DNA of 64,000 nucleotides from Polyangia bacterium (GTDB taxonomy: Bacteria; Myxococcota_A; Polyangia; JAAYKL01). The number at the start of each line of letters is the position of its first letter. Position 1 is the stretch's first letter. Under the pieces are notes generated by a model. It ran no database searches. It worked only from the letters and a program-made list of their open reading frames with translations, and had not been told where the DNA came from. The DNA is taken from positions 10,834 to 74,833 of the forward strand of contig JBNKCR010000018.1 in the NCBI GenBank assembly GCA_050287845.1. Direction: 5' to 3'. Both the position numbers and the translations under genes were made by a program. Positions 10,206 to 19,970 of this stretch are shown piece after piece.

Positions 10206-10811
10206 ATGGAGTATTATCCGGAACATCATTTTAAGTTGCCAACCAGTCAGGATCTGGCAGTGCGACAACCCAGAGTGAATACAGATCTGAATCGGTTCCA
10301 CGAATTTGTCTGTACAATGCCCGGTTTCCGAAAAAACTATTTTCGATACGATGTGTCTGATTTTGACCGGTGTCGCGATGAATTGAGCAGCTACAACGGA
10401 CACGAACGCTGGGCGCTCCTCGCCGAAATGGATGGTGATATTGTGGCAACCGGTTCCATCGATCGCCAACCGTTCGCATGGTCTCATCATGTGGCGGAAC
10501 TGCGCTGTACCGTCGCACCCCTGTTCAACCATCTGGGAATTGGCCGGATTCTGTTACATCAACTGGTGGAACTGGCCACGAACCAGGGAATTGAGCGCCT
10601 GTTTGTAGAAGTCCTCAAGGAACACCGGGGGGCACAGACCAAGCTGACCCGTGAAGGATTTTCCCGGGAAGCGGTTCGTCCCAAATATATCCGGGATGTG
10701 TACGGGAATCTCCACGACGTGGTTGTCATGTCCATTCATTTACAGGACGTCTGGGGCAGATTCGAAGAAATGCTCTATGAGATGGACTGCCATTTTTCCG
10801 CCGGATTGTAG
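10206..10811 (+). CDS. GNAT family N-acetyltransferase
   Basis: VAPLFNHLGIGRILL (motif A), GFSREA. GGAGG RBS. Confidence 0.8.
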   Translation: MEYYPEHHFKLPTSQDLAVRQPRVNTDLNRFHEFVCTMPGFRKNYFRYDVSDFDRCRDELSSYNGHERWALLAEMDGDIVATGSIDRQPFAWSHHVAELRCTVAPLFNHLGIGRILLHQLVELATNQGIERLFVEVLKEHRGAQTKLTREGFSREAVRPKYIRDVYGNLHDVVVMSIHLQDVWGRFEEMLYEMDCHFSAGL

Positions 10812-10901
10812 ATTGCATTCCATCGCACTGCCCCACCCGGTTCAGCGAGATCACGCCGTTTTTATTTTGTGATTTTTACAGACAGTAGTATTTGTATATG
10901 A

Positions 10902-11315
10902 ATGATAGATTCTCGCTGGACACAGAAGGACGAGTTAATCGACATACTGCTCGATTTAAAGCATGACCTCGGAAAATACCTGTTTCTCCATTTGTCCCAT
11001 CTGACCGTTGATTCCCCGCCGGATATGGTGAAAGAAGCGTTGAAGACTGCCCTTTTCGAGACCCGGAAAGTGGGGGGACGCGTGCAGACCGCGCGGGAAA
11101 TCTGGGATCGGTATCACAGTGAAATAGACGCTCTGAATTATGCGTTTTCAAGCTATGAGTTGTTGCGCGCAGCCATTGCAGAGGCATTGGAAATGCGGCG
11201 TTTCCTGGACGCCGAGGATAGCGCTCCCGCTCCCCACGTCGGGCAAATCCAGAAGATTGCCAGACAGGTGTCAGAAACCATTCAGCAGATTATTGGGGAG
11301 GAAAGCGATGAGTGA
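10902..11315 (+). CDS. Small helical protein with an H-box-like motif (LKHDLGKY); putative stand-alone phosphoacceptor
   Basis: Amphipathic helices with HDL near the N-terminus. Its 3' end overlaps the start of the sigma54 activator gene. Function is inferred. Confidence 0.6.
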   Translation: MIDSRWTQKDELIDILLDLKHDLGKYLFLHLSHLTVDSPPDMVKEALKTALFETRKVGGRVQTAREIWDRYHSEIDALNYAFSSYELLRAAIAEALEMRRFLDAEDSAPAPHVGQIQKIARQVSETIQQIIGEESDE

Positions 11316-12960
11316 TCGGATTCGTATACTGCTCGTGGACGATGGTGACACGTATGCGGAGCTTATCCACAGACACATGCCGGAATGTGAGCTGATTGTC
11401 GATAATCGGAAGGGGGATGCCCGCACCTGTATCGGAGATGGCCCATCTGCCATTTCATTTCTTGAGACCTACCGGGGCCCCCTTGATGCCGTGTTGCTGG
11501 ATATGCATTTTGACATTCCCGAGGACCGCCTGTTTACGCTGGATGAAGGAGCCAGTCTTCGCCGAACCAAACGATTTCAGGGGGTGGCTATTCTGCGGGA
11601 GATCCATGAGCGTTTTCCGGCGCTGCCAGTGGTCCTTCTGACGTCACTCGAAGATTTGTCCCTGGTGGATGCCGCCAAAGATCTGATTTCCCAATCCATG
11701 ACCTATGTTTTGGACGGCCAGGATTTGGATGCCCTGCGTGTTCGGATTGCGTCTGCCACCCGGCGATCCAGGGTGGAGGATGACAGTAGCCGGGTGTTGT
11801 GGGGAAACAACAGCGCCATGAAATCCATTCAGCGCCGACTGACGGTATTGGCCAGGGGGAGTATGCCGGTGATCCTGGAAGGGGAGACAGGTACCGGGAA
11901 ATCATGGCTGGCTGAACAGTTTGTACACTTGAACAGTCGGCGAACCGGCCCCTTCGTGGTGCTGGATCTCTCCACCATCCCGGAGAATCTGTTATCGGCG
12001 CATCTGTTTGGCGCGGTGAAAGGTGCATATACGGGAGCGGTGGAAAATCGCAAGGGCGTCTTCGAAATGGCAAATGAAGGGACGCTGTTTATCGATGAAA
12101 TCCAGAATGCGCCTTTAGAAGTGCAGAAGCAGTTGCTGCTGGTGCTCCAGGATCGAAAGGTGCGGCCGCTGGGCAGTCCACGGGAGATTCTCGTGGACGT
12201 GAAAGTGGTGGCGGCCAGCAACCGACCGCTGGATCAGGCAGTGGCCTCCGGTTCGTTTCGCCCGGATTTGTACATGCGCCTGTCTCCGGCCACCCGCGTT
12301 CAGATTCCGCCCCTGCGCCATCGACTGGAAGATTTGCATTATCTGGCTGATCGGTTTACCCGCCGCGCTATGCAGAACAACGACATCGCCGCAATGGTCA
12401 AAGAAGTGGCCGATGCTATCGGCAACAGAACCGTTTCGGATATTCGCCTGGTGGTCGGACGAAATTCGCGTCCCGGAGATGATGACGCTGTTCATCTGGT
12501 GGTGCCCAATCCGGTGTGGAAACTGCTCGAGAGTCACTCGTGGCCCGGAAACATCAGAGAACTTGAAATGCTCATTTACAATCTTATCACGTTCACGCTG
12601 GTTGATACTATCGATACACTTCGCCGGGGAATTCCGATTTCAACCAGCAATCTGCAGGTGGACGCCGGCCTTGTGGGCAATCTCATTCAGAGTGCGCGGG
12701 TGCTTCCGCTGCCGGATAGCCGGCAACCGGGACAAAACACAGACGACAATGCCATTTCGGTGACGCTGAAATCCGCCACCACCCTCAACGACGTGGCCAA
12801 CGATGTAGAACGCCAGTATTTTCTGTCGCTGTTTCGCTCCTGTAAACGGGATTTTTCCATGATGGCCCGCGTTCTTCTCGGGGATACGGCTAAAGCACGC
12901 GCGGTGCGGCTGCGATTTAACCAGCTGGGGTTGCGCGTCAGAGAAATCGAGCCGCGATGA
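11308..12960 (+). CDS. Sigma54-dependent enhancer-binding protein with an atypical N-terminal receiver domain
   Basis: ILLVDDG...LLDMHFD...LLTS (REC); GETGTGKS Walker A, GAYTGA loop, LFIDEI Walker B, FRPDLYMRL, WPGNIREL; divergent C-terminal helical/HTH region. Confidence 0.9.
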   Translation: MSDRIRILLVDDGDTYAELIHRHMPECELIVDNRKGDARTCIGDGPSAISFLETYRGPLDAVLLDMHFDIPEDRLFTLDEGASLRRTKRFQGVAILREIHERFPALPVVLLTSLEDLSLVDAAKDLISQSMTYVLDGQDLDALRVRIASATRRSRVEDDSSRVLWGNNSAMKSIQRRLTVLARGSMPVILEGETGTGKSWLAEQFVHLNSRRTGPFVVLDLSTIPENLLSAHLFGAVKGAYTGAVENRKGVFEMANEGTLFIDEIQNAPLEVQKQLLLVLQDRKVRPLGSPREILVDVKVVAASNRPLDQAVASGSFRPDLYMRLSPATRVQIPPLRHRLEDLHYLADRFTRRAMQNNDIAAMVKEVADAIGNRTVSDIRLVVGRNSRPGDDDAVHLVVPNPVWKLLESHSWPGNIRELEMLIYNLITFTLVDTIDTLRRGIPISTSNLQVDAGLVGNLIQSARVLPLPDSRQPGQNTDDNAISVTLKSATTLNDVANDVERQYFLSLFRSCKRDFSMMARVLLGDTAKARAVRLRFNQLGLRVREIEPR

Positions 12961-15830
12961 CACAGCTTTCGGCATATCTCCTGCTGATGATGCTGGCACA
13001 GAGCGCAGCACCTCTCGAAGACAACGACACCGATCAGGCTGCCGACGTGCCGGTTCCAATGATGCCGAACATTATGGCCCCGGCGGAGGGGATGGATTCT
13101 GAAGTCGCTGAAGATTTGAAGGCCGCGATTGCGAATCTGGCCAGAGAAAAGAATGAGCAGGGCAAGAAACTGCTGAAAAGATTCAAGTATCCCGAGGCAT
13201 TGGCATCGTTTCGGGAAGCCTATGAATTGGATCCGCAGAACGCCGAAGTGCTGAATAATTTTGGATATGCCCATGCGCTTCTGGGAAATTTTGAAGATGC
13301 GCAGAAATACTACGAAGAATCCATTCTGATCGCACCGGATCGCTCGGTGGTATACCTGAATTACAGTGATTTACTGGTAGAATTTTTCCCGGAAGATGAA
13401 AAGAGTCTGAGCAATGCGGCGGCACTGCTCATTAAAGCCAGGGAATTGCTCGGCAACAGCCCCCGGGTGATTATTCGCCAGGCCAGGCTGGAAGTTCTTC
13501 GCGGTCAGCTGCCCGAGGCGGAGCGATATTATCGCGAATATCTGGTACAGCGAAAACCGAACGACAAGCTTAAGATTGAGCTGGGCGACTTCTTTCGCGA
13601 TATGGGAAAAACAGATGAGGCGATACAATGGTATGAATCCGTAAAAGATGAACCGACACTGGCCATTGCCGAAGGGCGTCTCTGGGAGATGGAAGTGGCG
13701 GCGCAAAGTGTTCGGCTGGGGTGGCAGGGGGACAAGGTATCGCCGCAGTCGGAACGGTTGGCCGCCAGCGCGCAGAAACTGTTCAACGCCAAAAAATATG
13801 TTCAGTCAGAACGGTTGTATCGCCAGGTTCTCAAGGAATCCCCCATTTATGCCGGGGCCATGGCCGGCTTTGGCGATTTGCTGTACCGGACAGGAAGAGT
13901 GCATGATGCGGAGATGTACTGGCTGAGAGCGCTGGTTATCGACCGGGACAACCCGTCGCTGTACGCAAAACTGGCGCAAATGTATCTGGACCGAAAGAAC
14001 CGCGACCAGGCGTCATGGGCTGTGGTCTTTTTGTCCCGCGCACTGGAACTCCGTCCCCAATGGATCGATTTGGAGCTGGATTTGGCGGTGGCGTTGCGGG
14101 AAACCGGAGAGCCGCTGGGGGCGCTGTCCCACGTTAAACGCTATCTGAATCGTGCTGAAGCCGATGATGCCAAACGGCAGGACGCCATGAAATTGAAACG
14201 GGCCCTCGAAACCCTGATTCCCGCGGAGGCACTGATTGAGAGTGGTCTGGATGAAGCGGTGCAAATCGATGGCGATGAGCTGAGTCCCGCTCTGTCGGAG
14301 TCACTGCGCAAGGCAAAAGCTCATCTGAAACGGGGAAGTCTGAACGGTGCCATGGCGGCGCTGCGAAACCTGGATGAAAAAGATCGCGGGCCGGTGGTGC
14401 TGAATCTGGAGGCGCGGATTCTGATGGGGGCAGGCAAAATCAGGGATGCGCGGGATGTGATGATCGAGTCGCTGCAGAAGGTGGAAAGCCAGCCCATTAT
14501 TCATGAGCAGTTGGCCCGGGCCTACATCGAACTCGGCAATCCCCGAAGGGGACGGATTCACCTGCTGCGTGCGGAACAACTGGGATACACGGGTGCCACC
14601 TATCTGCTGGCCAAACTGGATGCCGGAGATTTGGGCGAAGATTTTATATCGATTCTGAAAGATTTGGCCCGACTTCGGCAACTGATGCTGGCGCAAAAGC
14701 GGATTCGGTCGTTTTTGCTGAACGATTCGGCCTCCATTTATCGGGCGGAAGCGCGGGCATTACGGGATAAACTCGCAGATCGTTTTGATGCGTTCAAATC
14801 CATGGCGGCATTGACGCTGCTCTCTCTGGCCCTGGTGCTGTTCATTCTGTTCCTGCGCATCTGGGGAGGTACGGATTTGCGGCGCCTCATTGCAAAGCAT
14901 CCGGACGCCGGCATTCAGATTCAACGCACGTTGTCGGCCATTCGACACGAGGTACTCAAGCACAATACCATGATGCTGGTTGGTCTGGTGGATGCCATCG
15001 AATCCGGAGAGGATGTGTCGGCACGGGTAGACCATTTTCACAAAAAAATGCTGGGCGAAAATGGCACCGGTGGGGTTCAGGCGCGCCTTCAGCACTATAT
15101 TTCGGAGTTGAAGCAGATTGGAGATGCCCATAAGAAACGGTTGAACCTGAAGCGGAAAGATGCCGTGACGTCTCCGCTGCTGCGGGGAATGAAACTGATA
15201 CAGCGAAACCGTTCAAGACTGCTCAGATACGGGCAACTTTCGAGTGCGTCAAAAACGGCGTTGAAAAAAGATTTGAAAGCCGCCTCTTCATTGCTCAACA
15301 TTGAAGGATATGAAGCGGTCCGGGATTTGTTGAATCAACTCCGAACCCTGGCAGTGAATGAGGCGCTCTTGCGTTCGGTATATGAACAGTGCATCATGGA
15401 ACCGGCATTTGCGGGTGTGCCATTCGCACCGCTGCGCATGACACTGGAAATCGCTGAAAACAGCGCAGTCAACGTGGCACTCCCCAGAGCTGCATTTGAA
15501 GATATAGTGACCAACCTGATTCGCAACGCCATTCAATCCTCGCTGATATATGGCGAAGCCTCCTCGAAGGTGGAAATTGCCCTGGCGCTCCAGACCGAAG
15601 TGGATATGGTAACGGGTATCGAGCGGGCAGTGCTCCTGGTGAAGGACAAGTCGCCCCGGGAGTTGACGGCCGAAATGTTGCGCGGGCGGTATATTGAAGA
15701 GGGGTTGGGGCTGACAGCGGATCTGGTGACGCGGTACGATGGGACGCTCGATGTGTTCAGCGGGGATGACCAATGGCAAAAAGCAGTGGCTGTAAAATTA
15801 CCCGTGGCCACCTATGGCGATGACACGTGA
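12957..15830 (+). CDS. Membrane sensor: signal peptide + TPR array + TM + histidine-kinase-like domain
   Basis: Hydrophobic N-terminus, many TPRs (e.g. ELDPQNAEVLNNFGYAHALLG), TM MAALTLLSLALVLFILFLRIWG, H-box-like AIRHEVLKHN, N-box TNLIRNAI, truncated G2 EEGLGL. Confidence 0.75.
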   Translation: MTQLSAYLLLMMLAQSAAPLEDNDTDQAADVPVPMMPNIMAPAEGMDSEVAEDLKAAIANLAREKNEQGKKLLKRFKYPEALASFREAYELDPQNAEVLNNFGYAHALLGNFEDAQKYYEESILIAPDRSVVYLNYSDLLVEFFPEDEKSLSNAAALLIKARELLGNSPRVIIRQARLEVLRGQLPEAERYYREYLVQRKPNDKLKIELGDFFRDMGKTDEAIQWYESVKDEPTLAIAEGRLWEMEVAAQSVRLGWQGDKVSPQSERLAASAQKLFNAKKYVQSERLYRQVLKESPIYAGAMAGFGDLLYRTGRVHDAEMYWLRALVIDRDNPSLYAKLAQMYLDRKNRDQASWAVVFLSRALELRPQWIDLELDLAVALRETGEPLGALSHVKRYLNRAEADDAKRQDAMKLKRALETLIPAEALIESGLDEAVQIDGDELSPALSESLRKAKAHLKRGSLNGAMAALRNLDEKDRGPVVLNLEARILMGAGKIRDARDVMIESLQKVESQPIIHEQLARAYIELGNPRRGRIHLLRAEQLGYTGATYLLAKLDAGDLGEDFISILKDLARLRQLMLAQKRIRSFLLNDSASIYRAEARALRDKLADRFDAFKSMAALTLLSLALVLFILFLRIWGGTDLRRLIAKHPDAGIQIQRTLSAIRHEVLKHNTMMLVGLVDAIESGEDVSARVDHFHKKMLGENGTGGVQARLQHYISELKQIGDAHKKRLNLKRKDAVTSPLLRGMKLIQRNRSRLLRYGQLSSASKTALKKDLKAASSLLNIEGYEAVRDLLNQLRTLAVNEALLRSVYEQCIMEPAFAGVPFAPLRMTLEIAENSAVNVALPRAAFEDIVTNLIRNAIQSSLIYGEASSKVEIALALQTEVDMVTGIERAVLLVKDKSPRELTAEMLRGRYIEEGLGLTADLVTRYDGTLDVFSGDDQWQKAVAVKLPVATYGDDT

Positions 15831-16312
15831 TGGAGGTGAACACGATGGACACGGTAGTACTGATAATTGAAGATGGGGATGAATACCTCGACAGTCTGAG
15901 TCAGTTCGTGCAGGGACCGGAATATCTGCAAGCCAAAAGTGGCGAACAGGCGGTGGAGATTCTCCAGACGCGAATGGTCGATTTGATTTACCTCGACATG
16001 CGGTTTGACCGGATTCCCATGACAGATTTGCTCGGTGATCATGTGAAGGCCACCCGGGAACATAACGGCGATCCGTTGCGGGCATTTAAATTTTTGCAGA
16101 ATAATCAGGGACTGTTTATTCTGGAAAAGCTGCGCAAGGAGAATCTGGTCCATATTCCGGTGATCCTGGCGTATGATTTTTCGAGGCAACAGAAACGGTA
16201 CGAGCATTTAAAACGGATACATCAGAGCCTTCGCTGGGTGCCGGATGCCGTCACACCGACCGAAATTCGAAACCTGATGAACGAATGCATTGTCGAACGG
16301 GCAGGGCGGTAA
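15827..16312 (+). CDS. Single-domain atypical response regulator
   Basis: VLIIEDG...IYLDMRFD...QGLFILEKLR...IPVILA. The conserved Lys is absent. Confidence 0.75.
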   Translation: MMEVNTMDTVVLIIEDGDEYLDSLSQFVQGPEYLQAKSGEQAVEILQTRMVDLIYLDMRFDRIPMTDLLGDHVKATREHNGDPLRAFKFLQNNQGLFILEKLRKENLVHIPVILAYDFSRQQKRYEHLKRIHQSLRWVPDAVTPTEIRNLMNECIVERAGR

Positions 16313-16313
16313 G

Positions 16314-17012
16314 ATGCCGGTACGTGGCGATCGTCTCGCATGGCCTTATGTCCCCTGTCTGCTGATGTGCATTCTGATTGTTCAGTCTCCATGCATTGCG
16401 AAAACCGATACCGAAGGTCCGCCACGGCCCACCACCTGCGACACTCTTTCCGGCGCCACCCGGGTCAAACTGCCTCTGGCGCGCATTGTTGCGTTGGATT
16501 TGGCCATGTACGCGGGGTTGGTGATTTTGTGGCCTTACGCGTTTTCGCCAAGTGAAGGCAGTATTGAGCAGTTCAGGGAGAGCTGGACCGAACGGCCATA
16601 CATGAACTACAGTAAAATCTTTTTTGAGCTGGATGACGATCCGTGGGCGATTAACACGGTCCTTCACGGACTGTACGGTTCAGAAGTGTATCTGGCAGGT
16701 CGCACCATCGGCCATTCCGGTCTGGTATCTTTTTTATATGCCATGTTCGCTTCCGTGACCTGGGAGTATCTGGTGGAGGGATGGTTTCATCAGCCGTCGG
16801 CCATCGATTTGGCCTGGACCCCCGTGGCCGGTGCGGTGATTGGCGAGCTGCGCTTTCAGCTACTCCGCATCATCATGATGCACGTGTCTTCCCGGATGCT
16901 GCGTAATATCCTCATGACCACCCTTGACCCCATCGGCCAACTGGAACGCGCCATCATGGGGTGCACCATCCGATGCGGCTACAGCTTGCGGAGATCGTCC
17001 AGTTCTTTCTGA
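16314..17012 (+). CDS. DUF3943-like membrane/exported protein
   Basis: DDDPWAINTVLHGLYGSEVYLAGR...SVTWEYLVEG...PSAIDLAWTPVAGAVIGE resembles the DUF3943 pattern. Its 3' end overlaps the convergent nadE. Confidence 0.65.
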   Translation: MPVRGDRLAWPYVPCLLMCILIVQSPCIAKTDTEGPPRPTTCDTLSGATRVKLPLARIVALDLAMYAGLVILWPYAFSPSEGSIEQFRESWTERPYMNYSKIFFELDDDPWAINTVLHGLYGSEVYLAGRTIGHSGLVSFLYAMFASVTWEYLVEGWFHQPSAIDLAWTPVAGAVIGELRFQLLRIIMMHVSSRMLRNILMTTLDPIGQLERAIMGCTIRCGYSLRRSSSSF

Positions 17013-18934
17013 AATCCGCCGCTGAGGATGGGGAAGCGGCACCAGGTTTTGGGATCGAGGTTTTCGTCATCCAGATGAAAGGAGGGCGCGTATCGCTCGC
17101 GTTTCCATTGATTCCGGGCCCACAGGGTGAAAAATCGAATAATCCAGTTTTTCAGCACATCGGTGGGGGCATCCAGTTCAATCTGTAGCAGTTGGAAGAT
17201 TTGAACCGGGCTCTTTCGGTCGCGAATGGCCAGCTTTTCAATGGACTCCAGTACGGTATAGGGCATCAAATCAGTTTCATCCGTCTGGGAGCGTTCCAGG
17301 GGACGGAGCTCCGCAGTGGGATTCTGTGCGGTAATAACGCTCAGGAACGGCAGGGGGGGCAATCCACAGACCCCTTTCAGTTCCACCTCGGACAGCCACT
17401 GGAGCAGATATGCCTTGTCGATACCGGCAATGGGGCTCAATCCACCACTGGTATCTCCATCCATGGTTGCATATCCCACTGCTGCTTCGGAGCGGTTACT
17501 GGTGGAAACCAGCAGGGCACCCCGGATATTGGCCAGCATCCACACCCCCGGTGCGCGCACCCGGGCCTGAATGTTCTGAAGCGCAAGGTCATCCTGTTCC
17601 CAGGAGAGCGGTCGGTTCAGGGCATGGCATAGCATATCGGTGTACGACGATACTAGACCATCCACATCCCATTGCATGAACCGCGCGCCGATGGACTGGG
17701 CCACCGTCCGTGCCGCAGCGAGGGTAATTTCTGAGCTGTTGCGGGTCCCCTGGTACACACAGGAGAGCAGCTCGTTGACTATCGCCGACGCAGTATCCGC
17801 TGCCCCGGTCAGAAACGATGCCCTGGCGCGAATTCCTTCAGGGCCAATCTCTTTGAGTGCCAACTCCACCATGATTCTTACGAGGACGGCCACTGCCCCG
17901 GAATCTGCCCCGCCGCTTAAGGACAGGACAAACCCTTTTGAATGGCTTTTGGTCATGTAATCCCACAGACCAAGACTGACCGCGCGAGCGAACTCATCGG
18001 ACTTTACGGACGCCATCTCCCGGATGGGCTTCTGGGGCAACGGTGTACGTGGCGCTTCAAAATGGGGCGCATCACACACCACCTCCGGGGTTCGCTCACC
18101 GGACGAGCCGGACGATCGTTGGGTTTTCTGCATGCGAGTGAATTCAATATCAACATCGTGGACCAGCAGGTCAACGTCCCGGAATGTGAAACGCGGCCCG
18201 CTGGCCACCATTTTGCCGGCGGACGCGATGAGTGCACCGCCATCATACACGATTCGGCCAGCTTCGTTACCCACCATGTTGGTGTAGATATATGTGGCGG
18301 CGAAGGCCCTGGACCCTTCACGAACAAAGGACTGACGGGTTTCGTACTTGCCGAAACTGAAATGACTGGCACTGGGATTGAGGATAATATCCACACCGCG
18401 TCTGGCCAGCCGGATACCGGGACGTTCGGCGACCCAGGCGTCTTCGCAGATTTCGAACCCGATGCGAACATTATTGATATTAAAGAACAAATCGCCAAAA
18501 GGAACCGGATTTCCATCTATGCGCAGCTCACCCCGCCGTCCGGCCTTCCATGGTTTGAACCAGCGTGGTTCATAGTGAATGCCATCGCCGGCCAGAAATT
18601 GCTTGGCCACTATCCCGCGAATCTGCCCGGTACTGATTAGTGCGGCAGCGTTATACAGCGCGCTTTCAAAGAATATCGGAAGCCCCACTGCCACAGTGAT
18701 ATCGGTGCAGTCCGCAGTACACGCCAACAGGGTGGAGAGTGCGGTGTCCTGCACGAAGGGTGAGAGAAAGGCATCTTCGCAGCCATATCCGGTGATAGCC
18801 ATTTCAGGCAGGCACAGGAGGGAGACCCGTTGTTCTTTTGCCAGCTGAATTGCCTTGCGGATGTTGTTGAGGTTCCGGCCCCAGTGGAGCGGTGTCTGGT
18901 TCAGGGTTGCGGCAGCGACGCGTAATGCCTTCAT
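16979..18934 (-). CDS. nadE: Glutamine-dependent NAD+ synthetase
   Basis: Nitrilase domain (LPEM, KQFL, EICED) plus SGGADS, QNIQAR, NRSE, PTAEL, NQWKR. Confidence 0.96.
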   Translation of the reverse strand: MKALRVAAATLNQTPLHWGRNLNNIRKAIQLAKEQRVSLLCLPEMAITGYGCEDAFLSPFVQDTALSTLLACTADCTDITVAVGLPIFFESALYNAAALISTGQIRGIVAKQFLAGDGIHYEPRWFKPWKAGRRGELRIDGNPVPFGDLFFNINNVRIGFEICEDAWVAERPGIRLARRGVDIILNPSASHFSFGKYETRQSFVREGSRAFAATYIYTNMVGNEAGRIVYDGGALIASAGKMVASGPRFTFRDVDLLVHDVDIEFTRMQKTQRSSGSSGERTPEVVCDAPHFEAPRTPLPQKPIREMASVKSDEFARAVSLGLWDYMTKSHSKGFVLSLSGGADSGAVAVLVRIMVELALKEIGPEGIRARASFLTGAADTASAIVNELLSCVYQGTRNSSEITLAAARTVAQSIGARFMQWDVDGLVSSYTDMLCHALNRPLSWEQDDLALQNIQARVRAPGVWMLANIRGALLVSTSNRSEAAVGYATMDGDTSGGLSPIAGIDKAYLLQWLSEVELKGVCGLPPLPFLSVITAQNPTAELRPLERSQTDETDLMPYTVLESIEKLAIRDRKSPVQIFQLLQIELDAPTDVLKNWIIRFFTLWARNQWKRERYAPSFHLDDENLDPKTWCRFPILSGGFQKELDDLRKL

Positions 18935-19034
18935 ATCTCACCCAAGTGCGCCGGAATATATTCCGGTCTGCTGATTTCATGGTTTTTCCAGACATGATTT
19001 GCATTATTATGAAACGGTGTAAAGGAAGAAAAGA

Positions 19035-19970
19035 ATGCAGGCTACCGGTTTCAATTTCAATTCGCTGTTCCTCATCAACGTGCTTTTGGGGGCCATTTCC
19101 CTGGTGGCGTTCGGCTGCGGAGACAGGGCTGCAACTGAATTGAATCCCGCTAGTGATTTCGACAACAACGGAACAGTCGCCGTATCGTCTGCGATGGTTC
19201 CCGCTGCGGAGAGCGACCTCAGAAGAGGGGGACAGAATTCCGGGCGCGCCGTTGTGGAAATTTCAGATTCAAACCCCCTGTATCCGCTGACAGAAAGCCC
19301 CGAGCGACTGAAAGTCCCCGGTTTCAACCATGCCGTGTTTGTCTCTCCATCGGCGCAATCCAACACTGCCAGACCGGTAGTGATCGTGCTGCATGGCAAT
19401 TTCGACCGACCGGAGTGGCAATGCGATATGTGGCAGTCGGTTGCATCCTGGTATGGCTGGATCCTGTGTCCGCGAGGCGTGAGAACCCCGTGGGCAACAG
19501 AGGCGGAAGATCGGTGGACGTATCGAGGTGGTGCGAAAACAGTAAGTAGCGAAATGATGGCAGCGCTGGCGGCTCTGGAATCCAGATTCCCCGGGGCAGT
19601 GACCCGGGAAGGCGCGGTTCTGGTTGGATTTTCCCTCGGGGCCATATTGATCCCGGAACTGATTCAATTGCATCCGGACTGGTTTGATACGGTATTTTTA
19701 ATAGAAGGTGGACTGAAACAACTTGATAGACACTTGCTGAGTATGAAACAAAGAGGAGTTGAACGGATTGGTCTGGCAATGAGCACTGCTGGCAACAGGC
19801 AAAAAACATCAGGAATTCAAGTGAAAATTAAGCGAAAAGGCCTTGTTTCCGTCTATGTTGATATGCGCGGCGCCGGTCACAATTATCGGCAGGATTTCCG
19901 TTCAACCGGCCAAAAGGCGTTGCGATATTTACTCGGGGACACTAACGATCTGACAGTGAGCAACAGATGA
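19035..19970 (+). CDS. Alpha/beta hydrolase lipoprotein (esterase-like)
   Basis: Lipobox AFGC, VLHG, GFSLG nucleophile elbow, GAGH. Confidence 0.75.
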   Translation: MQATGFNFNSLFLINVLLGAISLVAFGCGDRAATELNPASDFDNNGTVAVSSAMVPAAESDLRRGGQNSGRAVVEISDSNPLYPLTESPERLKVPGFNHAVFVSPSAQSNTARPVVIVLHGNFDRPEWQCDMWQSVASWYGWILCPRGVRTPWATEAEDRWTYRGGAKTVSSEMMAALAALESRFPGAVTREGAVLVGFSLGAILIPELIQLHPDWFDTVFLIEGGLKQLDRHLLSMKQRGVERIGLAMSTAGNRQKTSGIQVKIKRKGLVSVYVDMRGAGHNYRQDFRSTGQKALRYLLGDTNDLTVSNR

